Below the pieces are notes generated by a model. It was not told where the DNA came from. It made no database searches and saw nothing but the letters and a program-made list of their open reading frames with translations. Of a stretch of DNA of 64,000 bases, positions 13,501 through 21,947 are shown piece after piece; positions within the stretch are counted from its first letter, which is position 1, and every line of letters begins with the position of its first letter. Location of the stretch: the NCBI GenBank assembly GCA_965644315.1, contig CBFFRQ010000018.1, forward strand, positions 124,001-188,000, written 5' to 3'. This stretch comes from Caecitellus pseudoparvulus (Eukaryota; Protista; Bigyra: Bicosoecida). The position numbers and the translations under genes were made by a program.

Positions 13501-16500
13501 GGCTGCAGTGGGTTCGCAGCTGCTACTTCCAAGGCGCTGGACACGCTTGCATGCAGCAGGCAGCGGCGCCAGTGCTCAACCCCTGACGCAGACTTCAACA
13601 ACGGCTGAACGGAGGCCAGCGCCGAGGCAGCAGCCTGAGCTTCCACACGCCACGTTGAGACGGTGGTCAGGGGCACTGGGAAGCCCCACGTGCAGCGCTG
13701 TGTCGCCGTTTTGGCTTGTGCCGCTCCTGTGTGCTGTTCGGGCTGCGGTGCGGGCACTTGCGCAGCAAGTGACGCGGCCAGCTCCACTGCACTCGACAGC
13801 TCCGGCGGCAAGCCTCCCATTCGCAGACATGATGTCCAGCAGTGAGACAGCTCCTGCATGTGATGCCGCAGTGCTGCACTGGAGTGCTGCTCCAGTGCAG
13901 TGCCCTCCTCACCCAGCAAGCCTAGCCAGTGGCAGCTCAAGGATGCAGCATGCCTTGCCGCCCACGCTGCTGTGTGAACTGGAACCAGACCCCACGGAAC
14001 CTTGACGGCGCGAGGGAGGCAAGCTGCTACCTGACACATGCCCCACTCCACCAGCTGCATGACTTGCTCTGGGAAGAGCTCCCTGGCGTGGGGCACTGGG
14101 GGCGGGGCTTGGTTGGCGCCGGAGGCACGCCAAACAGGGGAAGGCAGGGCGTCAGAACCCCACCCAAGCGTGCCGAACCCGTGTGAACTCCACAAGGACG
14201 TGTCACTCATAAACTTGTGCTGCCCAGATGCAGTCCCCGCTCTGGGGCGGTGTTTCGGGCTGCTGAAGGACGACCGACGGCTGTGCGAGGAGCTGCCTGC
14301 GCTCTCGTCACCGAGCGATACCGCCGGTGGCAGGTGCAGGCCTGAGTCGCCCGGGTACTGGACTTGGCACGTATGCAGCAGGCAGGTTAGGGGCTGGGGG
14401 AGCTCGCCTAGGCGTGCATCACCCCTCACAGTGCCCAGACTGTACCTACAAGCTTCTCGCAGCAGCTCGCGCCCGCGGGCACACGCCGTCACGGCGCCCA
14501 GCACCCCGGCCGCTGCCACTTGCTCCTCGGGAAACGCCATGTGGCTCGTGCATGGAATGCATCCAGTTGCCATGCTCCAAGGCAGCAGCTGGTGGCGCGG
14601 GGAGCAGGGCGCTGCACCTCCGAGGGTTTCGCCGCTGGGCGACGCGTCCACATGCAGCACTGAGGGTGGGAGGGGCAGAACCCCGACAGCCACCACCGCG
14701 CCGTACTTTCGAAGTGTTTGGAAGGGCGGCGCTGTGACCAGGTGCGCTTCTGTGCAGTCTGCACCTGTCCCTGTGCCCCACCGCGAGCCGGCAGTGGGTG
14801 AGCGCCCTGTCGACCACGAGCCGCCGCTTCGCACAGACGGCGACACTGACTGGGAGCGCACGGCAGGCGATGCCTGCGCATGACCGCATTGGCCTGCCAC
14901 CGGTTGGTCGTCTTCGGAAGGGAACACGCTCATGTGAGTGTGCGGCGGCTGCACTTCAGCGGCAAGGACAAGCTGGTGGTTGTGCATGGCCAGGACTGAC
15001 ACGGCAGCCGCCAGCGCCGCGCCAGCCAAGCACTTCAAGGTACCTGCGTGGTCCCCCAACACGCAGGTCGCCAGAGCCTGCAGTGCTGCAGCACGTGGGC
15101 TGGGCACCTGGTGGCGGCCGGCCAAGCGGCTGTGAGGCTGGCACGCGACCAGGCGCTGCATGCACCACCTGCGGGCGGATGCTGGGATGCGCTCGCCTGG
15201 TCGGGCGGCAAAAGTGTATGCCGCGGCGCCGCTTGCCTCAATGGCGCCGTGTGGAGTGGCGTCCGCTGCCGCCTGTTCGGCCTCCGACACGACGGCGCCG
15301 CGGAGGGGCGCAGCGCTGAAGGCATGTCGCTCCAGCACGCTGGCAAGCAGGGACATGCCGACGCTGCTGTCGCTGCCTCGCAGCAGCGCAGCCCGCCCTG
15401 CAGATGACAGCGCCAGGCTGCGAAGCTGGGAGGCGATGCAGCCATCAATGCAGACGCACCTCGCCCAAGCAGCCCGCAGGACGTTCAGAGCCGCCAGTGT
15501 CCGCTGAGCCGCAGGGTTCAGAGCGACACTGGGCAGCGGTGTGTCTTCATCCACGATGGCGCAGCGCTCCAGCTGCTGCAGCAGGGTCTGGCGCAGCGCC
15601 AGGCACAGGGGTGGCACCAGTGCGACCAGACCCGCTGCCCGCCGTGCCAACAGCGCAGACATGGCGCCCTCCACGACCTCTGCGTCGGGAAAGCGAGGAA
15701 TGGGGTGCCTCTGCCCCGCCAACCGCGCCCGGGCCTCCCCTGCCAGCGGCCAGTACGGAGGAAGGACCTTCCCCTGGGGAAGCGGCGTCACGGGGGTGGC
15801 CCCGGTGCAGTCCACCAGCGCCAGACAAAGATCGGCGGGGGGGGGACTGCCCTGTGCAGAAGTGCTACCCTCCTCTTCGGTCTGCAGGGTGCGTAAGTGG
15901 GCCGCTTTGGGGCGGCGGGGGGCTTGGGGTACCCGGCTCTTGCGAGGTTGCTGCAACGGCTCCTCCGCGTGAGCCGTGCGCTCCCGCGGACACGGAACAG
16001 GGCAGAACACCATCCGTGCATGTTCTTGCTGCCGACGGGCAGCAGCCTGGCACACGCTCGCGTCAGGGGCACGGCACAGCTCGGCAGCCCAGCCAGGCCC
16101 AAGTGGGAGAAGTACTGGCACATCGGACCCAACAGCGGCAAGGGCGGCGTCCACTGCTCGCCACAGCTCAGCCCCCACCTTCACGTGGAGCGACGCCATA
16201 CTGCCAAGCAGCCGCCCCTCCGCAACGCCCCGCAGAACTTGCTCTCGCTCGATGTCGGCTTCAGGCGGAAGGTGGCTGGAAGCCGCCGGGCGTTGGGGGG
16301 CCGATGGCAGGCCGCCGCTGCCAAGCGTGGCAGCAGCCCCCCGAAACGCGCTCCCAGCACGAATGGGGGACATGAGGGGCGACGCGTGAGCCGGAGACAA
16401 CATGCGGCGGGAGCTGGCTTGGCCCGGCAGAGGCGGGCTGTGCAGAAGGGACAGGGAACCAGTGGAGGTGAAGGGAGCAGAGCTGGACCGGCCGTGTGTG

Positions 16501-18215
16501 GCCTGCCTGGAGGCTGGAACTCCTGCTGAGGCGCCCACAGTGCGTGCCGGCGCGAGAAGAACATCCTGCAGCCGAAGCGCGAAGAAAACGACATCCCAAC
16601 TCAGCGCAACGGGGGCCTCTGGGGCTTCCCGGCCCTCTGCCCGAGCCAAGATGCCGGCAGCTGCAGAGCTGGGCAAGCCACAGAGGCTGCCACCGCTGGA
16701 ATCCAACGGCGGCTGCACACTGGCACGCAGCCCAGCCGTGTGCAGCAGCCGACTGAGGTGCGGCAGCGCCACCTCCCGCACTCGGGCACGCGTCTTGTCT
16801 CCCAGGCAAGCCATGAAACTCAGCTCCTGCAAAAGACACGTCAGCAGGGACCGCAGCTGGCACTGCACGGCGAGACACCCCGCGAAAGAGGCCTGCTCAG
16901 CGGCACCTGCTGCCTGCACGAAGTCAGCCACTTGCAGCAAACTGCCCCCCCCATCACACACGGCGGCAGCGAAGGCAGTGGTGCGGTGAAACGCTGACGC
17001 TCGCTGGGTGCGGCGTGGTGCTGGTGTACCCAGCGCCCGCTGCAGCACCGGTGGCAACGGACATGCTGCAGCAATGTCCCCACTGCCCATGCTTGACCCG
17101 TGCAGCGGCGTCGGCGGTGGCGCCGGCAGCATGCGCTGCGCCTCGGACGCCGCCCCCAACCTGGCCGCCGCACGCACAGCAGCAGACAGCACCCGCACCG
17201 TGCCCCGCAGACGCAGCTCCATGTGCCTGCCCTCCACACACGACGCCACGTGATTCCGCCACAAGTTCCCCAGCGCCGCATCCGACGTCACCAGGCGCGA
17301 GTCCCCAGCCAAGTGCTCGCGGTGCCACACGTGCAGCATGGGCGCCTGCAGCACACGGGACAGCTCATCCGTGATCTGCACGACACGCCCTGGCAGACGA
17401 TTCAATTGGAGGTACGGCGTGTCTGGAGGCGGGTCAGGCGCCAGTCCAGGCGTGCCCTGTGGCGGTGCCAGCAGCCCACCACCCGCCATCACCGCGTACC
17501 GACCAGGCTGCAGCTCACTCAAGTGCACACAGCTGCCAGGCGCACTCACCAGCGGGCGTGCCTCCTTGGGCCCACCGCCCGCCCGGGGCGACCTACTGTC
17601 TGGACTGTGGCCCTGGGGACGAGGGCTCGTCGCCGGGCCGGGACCGCCGGCGCGCAGCAGCTCTGCCTCCAACCCGTGCCGCACAGCCGCGTGCAGCAGC
17701 GAAAAGACGTCGGAGGAGGGCTTTCCGGCTGGCATGCGTGGCGCGTACATGCGATCCTGTGCCGATAGCTCAATGTGGGACTTGCGCCGCCCGCCACCCG
17801 GGCGCCGCTTTGCACCCTCGCTCTGAATGAGGGCACCCAACGCCTGCGTAACAGCGTCCCCTCGCAGCGGACCGCCCTCGGAAGCGGAAGACAGTCGCAG
17901 CAATGGTGACCCCTGGGCCACATACCCCACGTGCACCTGCAGAGGGCGCTGTCGCAGCAGGCCCAGCACACGCTCCCGACCCCACCCATGCCCAGGCACC
18001 CGCCCCTGCGCCTCGCCCGCTGCATGCCCCTTCCCTACCCTGCCCTCCGACCCCTGAAACAGTCCACCATCACCAGCCTGCAGACGCCGCTCCAGACGAC
18101 CCGCGTCAATGCTCACAGAGTACCCATGCAGCTGCTTCAGCAGTGCCTGCGGCGGCTCACGCTCCTTCCCCGCTGCCATGCCCGGGTCGCAGCGACGAGC
18201 GTTGACAGTCGCCAC
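4557..18215 (-). CDS. Giant 4552-aa hypothetical protein; helical/ARM-like segments, disordered S/P/R-rich linkers and a C-terminal EF-hand-like helical domain
   Basis: 13.66 kb stop-free frame with a typical coding-strand shadow pattern on the + strand. The C-terminal ~330 aa look globular (MYRYYSCLG..DPFSM, FRHQFLLGLLRMA, YRQRRLYTNRV, HLGIVDFVEALSRVAD). Function not recognised. Confidence 0.8.
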   Translation of the reverse strand: MATVNARRCDPGMAAGKEREPPQALLKQLHGYSVSIDAGRLERRLQAGDGGLFQGSEGRVGKGHAAGEAQGRVPGHGWGRERVLGLLRQRPLQVHVGYVAQGSPLLRLSSASEGGPLRGDAVTQALGALIQSEGAKRRPGGGRRKSHIELSAQDRMYAPRMPAGKPSSDVFSLLHAAVRHGLEAELLRAGGPGPATSPRPQGHSPDSRSPRAGGGPKEARPLVSAPGSCVHLSELQPGRYAVMAGGGLLAPPQGTPGLAPDPPPDTPYLQLNRLPGRVVQITDELSRVLQAPMLHVWHREHLAGDSRLVTSDAALGNLWRNHVASCVEGRHMELRLRGTVRVLSAAVRAAARLGAASEAQRMLPAPPPTPLHGSSMGSGDIAAACPLPPVLQRALGTPAPRRTQRASAFHRTTAFAAAVCDGGGSLLQVADFVQAAGAAEQASFAGCLAVQCQLRSLLTCLLQELSFMACLGDKTRARVREVALPHLSRLLHTAGLRASVQPPLDSSGGSLCGLPSSAAAGILARAEGREAPEAPVALSWDVVFFALRLQDVLLAPARTVGASAGVPASRQATHGRSSSAPFTSTGSLSLLHSPPLPGQASSRRMLSPAHASPLMSPIRAGSAFRGAAATLGSGGLPSAPQRPAASSHLPPEADIEREQVLRGVAEGRLLGSMASLHVKVGAELWRAVDAALAAVGSDVPVLLPLGPGWAAELCRAPDASVCQAAARRQQEHARMVFCPVPCPRERTAHAEEPLQQPRKSRVPQAPRRPKAAHLRTLQTEEEGSTSAQGSPPPADLCLALVDCTGATPVTPLPQGKVLPPYWPLAGEARARLAGQRHPIPRFPDAEVVEGAMSALLARRAAGLVALVPPLCLALRQTLLQQLERCAIVDEDTPLPSVALNPAAQRTLAALNVLRAAWARCVCIDGCIASQLRSLALSSAGRAALLRGSDSSVGMSLLASVLERHAFSAAPLRGAVVSEAEQAAADATPHGAIEASGAAAYTFAARPGERIPASARRWCMQRLVACQPHSRLAGRHQVPSPRAAALQALATCVLGDHAGTLKCLAGAALAAAVSVLAMHNHQLVLAAEVQPPHTHMSVFPSEDDQPVAGQCGHAQASPAVRSQSVSPSVRSGGSWSTGRSPTAGSRWGTGTGADCTEAHLVTAPPFQTLRKYGAVVAVGVLPLPPSVLHVDASPSGETLGGAAPCSPRHQLLPWSMATGCIPCTSHMAFPEEQVAAAGVLGAVTACARGRELLREACRYSLGTVRGDARLGELPQPLTCLLHTCQVQYPGDSGLHLPPAVSLGDESAGSSSHSRRSSFSSPKHRPRAGTASGQHKFMSDTSLWSSHGFGTLGWGSDALPSPVWRASGANQAPPPVPHARELFPEQVMQLVEWGMCQVAACLPRAVKVPWGLVPVHTAAWAARHAASLSCHWLGLLGEEGTALEQHSSAALRHHMQELSHCWTSCLRMGGLPPELSSAVELAASLAAQVPAPQPEQHTGAAQAKTATQRCTWGFPVPLTTVSTWRVEAQAAASALASVQPLLKSASGVEHWRRCLLHASVSSALEVAAANPLQPTPPPALSPVLLGGTAVYTAVASALCRSVALLGSTWADPLAAQARCSVAWVTSLPLHLLSALCHCPLALGTVAGSVAAERARTVLAVHARKATPLGSAPRLSTGVKSSDQILEGNLHTAVRIACLAEGCVRRAQASFLCLVAPPAHLVPGSARRLPAPPSTLDEEPPGTAAQGSDEPRGLGLTRSRLVTLARAFCVPEVLVPGCVPDALELEGGTSFARACCVMNSVSRAAGLIGSWVWALGLRAPSPPQDATAEQLRGQGQSLLRPAPHAAAAGLLRAATGLGVSSSSLGSGSSSLSGTSHSERPTHSLASDGGRSEASAAQGSGANRHVPALWPARYEVPKDVCVSTLHRCLFVPLPDVQLLLLSCNADALSARHRLQWAQAHAALLTFHPSSDPAAMKHDAWRPWSVPDTEGGPSHRPWRATAPRAVLALQWVRSGGLTALTDCVVAASTQLSAAQALVSFLLPHISERVAAVRPNLPTLPSAEATAQQARTSAVRPEAFRRTAAPTKRTEPGSPLQSSLKSTVSKEGVRDKQQVNELFGGRTTPKGRRRRRHRRGGVTTDASGKMLGASQPPKPKPRVRKPDRRLRISIEEEGSKASRSSPGGRQQPPSTGTGHVKRPTFSPMGSPPELGGDEGPGADEPAPEQEPTISPGPNELDELGRQLSRVAPHAGVTGAIRGARDIMAHAEAARRRGWPSVRPHFGHRPGGSGGEEGSGSGRSSSRSATLSTVGGAEDAESVVTEFSVYGAHMSARSHTRTSSTSSAMGDAPPSRATAPAFKCPVVATRRGMQATVDLARIAEELALLLQCLTHAISACSDSSLALQHCMAALEGASPALASCLDTASQPDALAMALSAGRCLRVGLAVPDAGVLERSISAARSLSAGHGLLAVTLARCGVGGQLLRWSGDLLRRRAISIQAEGGVPEQVQLLADLMVHDGAAPPQAPPAPADTGAMQRASGESQAPSPEWVHTAEAVPLAQFVVAGLSAPLASHRAAIFALRAILASDARAAPAWLHASDSHLAQDTLQSSHVTGLRDLVKLSARLQHLQSKPAKPREDAQGHRVPSAAVAHLQVMLRSLTAELNVASARVPTTRVGQAMKQARVEALPLSVLLLNVVDACWALLANARGADWQGLVSCAAGVSPPPGEPAQPFLPHSSASRSIAASMGRHKLPVHLLRICTADSVVPLPVRVRALWCLFLLQTCQPKNVPRQLAAAVQVAPATFGQSVPAAIVGGEAALHWAALHLLQQCSPRDPAQATASQQVQQQAIGTFARHLTGRFGEGGEPVHRAVLGTPQGGVVFSSAQETQSDATARGLLHISPRLSKERRPMDAHMLSDLPTAGAQVAAVVAALATEPHGAYRLSLAGGLRAVLPALAATHHLDVALHLLRAVTALVGVHEEQPRITHECVGMLLAFVGTRLHPGLTGMAATIIRSISHHPTVGSFVYSAELRTKSKGWRGDTEKHFGLQVLRSLAAAPKSGQADPGADFAALLGVDGSAAVLQSAWEGDGGEPTRPRSVAGYASVRGSDAAGSLLAFVRSKQGQRPLTMTRGQVTTLASTSLPDLLASPSRVLGRPRTAGPPSRRTGRAGSPARPVRTPVRRQRPSPVDEAEEEAGAAPAFESGSGATSAHGKLQAGLAALRFAQHLSDLAPQRGEEDSKAAPLRLTELSQHLRAPLMRAYGQSSGEAGTVSRQAAGLPPAMSLNSAASLLGQLSPAILSQVAAVGAVLGEGARLGCTSRRRCRHVLQGEGAWASLPQPTQGVHLAVAESEDAMDAHLRASVHEDHAWRRRWRAWEHRAAAIHLPVPVIVAASAHQRSVEHGTAGQPSDAPWVTGLQAVQLVPFQPAHLALMPPPPLPTSAAQAGLWGLPPPLPRKLAPAFLGKAQEDGPRRAPVPLHAAPSTRQGLLAGILTRGALAVRQEVNKDEEAGVHHAVDMVSSLQFSGNATVQGSGLALASAGLSDIVSAAAVASKLGHLATPSAGRGAAGLDRGAPRSLRSLHKWHMGVLSDAAAALTASVLKALHAGYQSAGAKDVLGWRPLRRAGRGEAPTEARRKGTPRAGKTALVHGRRPAPLTVRGDVSPVFSAPQTGAHQPLLSPASPTTPPSEKLVLPPDRARGEQLIRDAFAAGARTLFALKFLLMRALGLGPFVQGVLSSGTGKQLHAEEPPSGERPSWLLPALHHGRTLDAVLRAVERCISRRSQQQTQVLREALQRVSAIPAHLALGVRDLQSGSVAQATPLRLSQWGLSDASPLTCAALLSRQTQEAAVAAAQASEAVWREQATTRHGKPLQPGEGIGDIPAWTGLCPPQWHCPPGGKAPLPMDAHYLATAAPTASASVTLVTVPVACRGANMPALPPLSILCVHLAQDGVLSDAAGLDIPGALQQVAAGALAEAGNPLPVWDTCTVQWLRATQGGAVLEAAEVWGSDAVATAVERVSGDTTSVPGESLRRLLSQSAVSDSVASAPRSQAPPSPTPRPSRPLPQGPAPKTTGAVDARRRFARLASNPGLRPASTRQVTAGSAPALGASTMSAEPWILPDWLRAWNIDLLVTGQAKPTAPDTSAPPLFQAPALSPEDARHLRAFLPRLESSDAGALVDTPEVVDAAFRLEWHRAEAVPGGRLGALARTMPEDELARTCRALFPIIDGMYRYYSCLGVDGDPFSMALPAWQALCGHLRVGPGQSIEGGAPLSHTAMESVFVALADSGGMFRHQFLLGLLRMAALVWKGGQVGDAVRRLVARWAQGPAMLSWGPHSAFVHSFLGDAYRQRRLYTNRVSELLQRHDQFVALLHRTFARPLLLAGGTTGPAVEDVFVANVSSGPAPVMSMAGWMSMWHALRLLGAPWLDPRTAALAFTLSRPMAVDELHPGSWQRHTHLGIVDFVEALSRVADTLPLPSDDALEQSAEGSMLTYMRKAEGKGKRMRGAGDGRDGALEHPMELAPVGALQWPTASQQTLAGRLAKLLVLLLHRCELLLLKPLKAARH

Positions 18216-18512
18216 ACACAGGCACCCTCACAGCGTCACCTGCGAGGACCAGCGATCAACTGACGAACCCCAGTACACGTGCACAGTGAAGAAGCCTCCA
18301 ACCTCCCTGCCGTCGCCCCACAGCCCTCCCCTGGCCCCACACCAGTGACTGCCCGCACCGGCTGGCTTTCGCCGAAGTGGCGAGCACTCTGTGCGCGGCC
18401 GGGCTGACCTGCATGTAGTGGGGTGCAGAGCAGCGAAGCGGCATGTGCCACGTGCAGAATGGGTGGGTGTTTGATTTTTAGTGCTTGCAAGGTGCTGGAA
18501 GGAGAGGGGAGG
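18025..18512. repeat. Direct repeat copy 1 (5' end and upstream region of the giant gene)
   Basis: Aligns with 24692-~25180 at offset 6667 with scattered substitutions. Confidence 0.9.
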
Positions 18513-18664
18513 GTCGCTTTCTTGAATGCATTGCTGTGGGTCCTGGGAGGTCAGCGACACAGAGGGGACTTGACTCTGTTTCGGCTGCCGCTCGGGAGAA
18601 CCCCCACTGAAGGAGGTACGAGAGGGTACATGCGACATGCTCACAACGTGCCATCGCCATTTTT

Positions 18665-20965
18665 TCAAGCCGCGCTGCCCTCTGACCGCTTTCTGTGCCA
18701 CCATGACAGCGACCAAGCTCTCACTACCATTTTCTTCAGTGGACCCTCGCTCACCCGCATGATCGGACTAGAGCCGGGAACCATGAGCACGAAAAATGCA
18801 CTCCCCATGCCCCGGGTCAGCTGTGAGTACACAGGCGGCCACGGCGAAAGGTTTGGCTCTGCAGCCGACTTGCCAGTGTGCACTTCCACAACTGGTGTGT
18901 CTGGCTTGCAAAATATCACGTTAATGAGCCCTGCTCCGTGTGGTGCGACGATCAGTGCCGCCATGCGGAACACAATGGCTTGTTGGGCAAGCGGCATTGA
19001 TCCGTACAGCAGTACTTCGGCATCCGGCACCACCTCGTAAATCCACTGAATCACTTCCATCTCATTCTGCACAAGGCGCTTCGCATCTCGGTGAACTACA
19101 AGCACCAGAGGCCGTGAGCGACTTTCCACAACTTGATCGAGATCCCGAACAGCCTCTGTCCGACTCGCATCAGCACCCACTGGGCGACCTTGCACCCACC
19201 CTGCAGGTAAGAGGTCCTCAGGCTGCATCACCCGCAGCTGCTCAGGGATACGCAAGTAGCTCCGATTGTACTCTGTCATGTCTACATCGGGTATGCTCGA
19301 CACAAGTCGCACGCTTGGCATTGCTCCGCGAGGTGGCAGGAAGCGCCTGCCTGGTTCAAATGAAACGGGCTGTGCACCCCGTCGACGCTGATGCATGCAA
19401 TCCACAATCCTTTCCACCGCTACGGCTGATGTCATGTTTGCATCATGCACTAGCTGCATAGTGGCCGTGGCCAACATGAACTCCCCCATTGTGGCCAGCT
19501 CACGCAGCGCTGGGGGCGATGTCGTGCACCCAGAACCCGACGGCACCAACGCCCACTCGGCCGTAAACGGCGCATTCATGACACGCAAACGGCTCGAAGG
19601 CAGGCCCAGCAACCCCATGGCTTCCTTCAAAGACTTTGACACGCTACTGCCTGTTGTGATGATGATGGTGGGGTCACGCAAAAGCAGCGTGCGCGCGATC
19701 CAAATGCGAGGCAACAACTCGGACATGAAGTGATAGTGGTTGGAGTGCCACAGCATGTTGACATGCAGTACCGTCGCATGGATGTGCATGAGATTCTCGC
19801 GCTTGAGCCCTTCCGCCGTCAGCGGCTGCCCCTCGGGCTTTGCCTGCTCCGGCGGCTGAAGTCCAACGATACCAGGACCCTCTTTCTGGAAGTAGGTCCA
19901 TTCCCTACAGCCCCCGCCACCGAGCGTTGCCGTTTTGCTGAAGGTCAAGCCTTCCGGCCATAGCACAGCCTTGCGGAGGACAACGATGCTGGCGTGAGAC
20001 CGGCGTGTGAGTGTCTCGGTGAGTACCTGTCGACGAGGCAGAGACTTCGACTTGAGATACTGTGCCCAGTACGCTCGAGTCATCGCCCAGGTATCCCAAG
20101 GATCAACAGGAGCCCACCAGGGGTCATGTGGGAAATTTATTGCCTGGGCAGGCTCAGCCTGGCCAGAAGGCAGCGTCGTTGACGGGTGCTGTAGCAAAAC
20201 CACGCACAACCCTCGTGCCATCTGGCGGTAAAGCTCGTGTGGCTCACCTGAGAAGAATGCTCCCTGAAAGATGCGCAGGGAACCACCAGCCGGCACGATA
20301 GGAAAGCTTGTCGAGTGCTCTTCTGCTGTCCCTTGACAATACGAAGTCCAGTCAAGCCTGAAACCAGTCGCGCCAGCTTGGCTTGGAACCGAAAACAAAT
20401 CCGCAAGACCTGGTGGGTGCACCACAGACCATGCTCCAATGGCGAAGCGCTTTGGCTGCAAGCCAAGCAATGAAGTTGAAATGGTATCCCAAGACTTTTT
20501 ACTGCCTCTCTGTGAACGCTCCACGGCGCCAGACAGCCATTCTTGTTGCGTGTGCCGGACTTGCTCGGCTCGACTGGCTCGCTCAGCCGCCTCATTGCAA
20601 CAGCGCCCCCTGCCGCGCACAGCACCAGCTAAAGCACTGCGGTATGTGGACCTTGAGTCACGCAAATGCAGCCTCAATCTGGACATGCACTGATCCGACC
20701 TCTGAATCGCTGTTGTCCAGAAGCTATACCTCCCCAACGAGTCCCGCAGGCCGCGCACTCCCCCACTGACAAACACGGACACGGCAAGCCACATGAAGAG
20801 CACCAGGATGCTGCACATGATGCACCACCTGATTATCTCTGATGGGAAGCTTCCTGTGGCTTCCTGACGTCCAGAGCCTGGCTTGAGCTCGGTTGCCAGC
20901 CCGTCCTCATTCCGGAGCCCTGGCCCACCATGGATGGTGCCTGGAGGAGCACGCCTCGGGCGCAT
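18665..20965 (-). CDS. GT61/DUF563-like glycosyltransferase, type II membrane protein, copy 1
   Basis: N-terminal TM helix (CIMCSILVLFMWLAVSVFV), NHYHFMSELLPRI motif and the C-terminal GT61-type IVAPHGAGLINVIFCKPDTPVVEV motif. Confidence 0.85.
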   Translation of the reverse strand: MRPRRAPPGTIHGGPGLRNEDGLATELKPGSGRQEATGSFPSEIIRWCIMCSILVLFMWLAVSVFVSGGVRGLRDSLGRYSFWTTAIQRSDQCMSRLRLHLRDSRSTYRSALAGAVRGRGRCCNEAAERASRAEQVRHTQQEWLSGAVERSQRGSKKSWDTISTSLLGLQPKRFAIGAWSVVHPPGLADLFSVPSQAGATGFRLDWTSYCQGTAEEHSTSFPIVPAGGSLRIFQGAFFSGEPHELYRQMARGLCVVLLQHPSTTLPSGQAEPAQAINFPHDPWWAPVDPWDTWAMTRAYWAQYLKSKSLPRRQVLTETLTRRSHASIVVLRKAVLWPEGLTFSKTATLGGGGCREWTYFQKEGPGIVGLQPPEQAKPEGQPLTAEGLKRENLMHIHATVLHVNMLWHSNHYHFMSELLPRIWIARTLLLRDPTIIITTGSSVSKSLKEAMGLLGLPSSRLRVMNAPFTAEWALVPSGSGCTTSPPALRELATMGEFMLATATMQLVHDANMTSAVAVERIVDCMHQRRRGAQPVSFEPGRRFLPPRGAMPSVRLVSSIPDVDMTEYNRSYLRIPEQLRVMQPEDLLPAGWVQGRPVGADASRTEAVRDLDQVVESRSRPLVLVVHRDAKRLVQNEMEVIQWIYEVVPDAEVLLYGSMPLAQQAIVFRMAALIVAPHGAGLINVIFCKPDTPVVEVHTGKSAAEPNLSPWPPVYSQLTRGMGSAFFVLMVPGSSPIMRVSEGPLKKMVVRAWSLSWWHRKRSEGSAA

Positions 20966-21786
20966 CGGGACGGCACGAAGTTGATCTTGAACTGATGCAG
21001 AACAAGTGACTCAGACATTGCATGCGTTCGTCATGCAGCTCATACACCGGCCTGGAAATTGATGATATGTCCCGTACGGGAAACGCCGAGGGAGACCGAT
21101 ACAGGCAAACTGCAAAAGGTGAGCCATGCTCCATCAGGATCCTGGCCCCCAAGCATACGAGCTTCAAGACTCAGCTTCACGTGCAAATGCAACACGGGAT
21201 GGGGCAAAAGGAAGCACAAGCGCGAGCATTGTTGTCGCCGCCAGAAGGCGAGGTTTTGCGTGACAGCTGTCAGCTTTCGATAGCATGAGCACTTGACTGC
21301 TCATGGTCCCCTGAACCAACTGCCTCCCCACTTGGAGAGTGTGATGTAGCTTTCATAAACGCATGTTCGTTTTCCTTGTTGGTCTGCAGGGCAACTCTGT
21401 GGTGGCCGGTGCAAGAGAAGCAGCAAAAACGCTGCCCGGGCCGAGGAAAAAGGTCTCAGTGGCGGACCCTGCAATGAAGTGGCCACATATTGCACCATCA
21501 CGAGAGCAGTCAGCATAAGTGATACAACGCTTCATCGACTGCATCTGGCCGTCGGGTTTCTCCCAATACTAAAGCAAGTCGGCGCCATTGTGAAAGTTGC
21601 ACATGCTCGTACGTTTCGCGGAAATGGCTGTTGAACTTGCACCGCTCAGAGCCGCACGCAACGCCCATGAGGAGAGGAGCGACAGAAGAAGTATGAGGGA
21701 GGGCTCAACAGTGCCACAACGCCATGATCACAGTGTAAAGCTCGGGCAGTGGTGGGAGAACCACGTGAAAGACAGAGCGTGACGAA
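20772..21786. repeat. Leader/promoter cassette P1 (N-terminal tail and TM coding sequence plus ~0.8 kb upstream); lies between divergent GT61 and STELLO genes
   Basis: Homologous to 38589-39609, 41332-42352 and 60584-61603. Confidence 0.85.
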
Positions 21787-21947
21787 GCAAGCTTAGGTTT
21801 GGTGGGGCGAGGGGGGGGCCTCATGGCGTGCGCCAGCGGTCTCCACATTGTGCCGTCCATGTGCCCTCAACTTGCGATAAACTGTTCTCAAACACGAAAT
21901 TCAATGGTGCGTGATGCACCATAGCAGCGCTGCTTCATGCTCTTGCA

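Noticed and set aside
4573-18263. Numerous 60-410 aa ORFs on the + strand and in alternative minus frames
   Set aside because: Shadow ORFs of the GC-rich 4552-aa gene; low-complexity R/A/P/S translations with no motifs.
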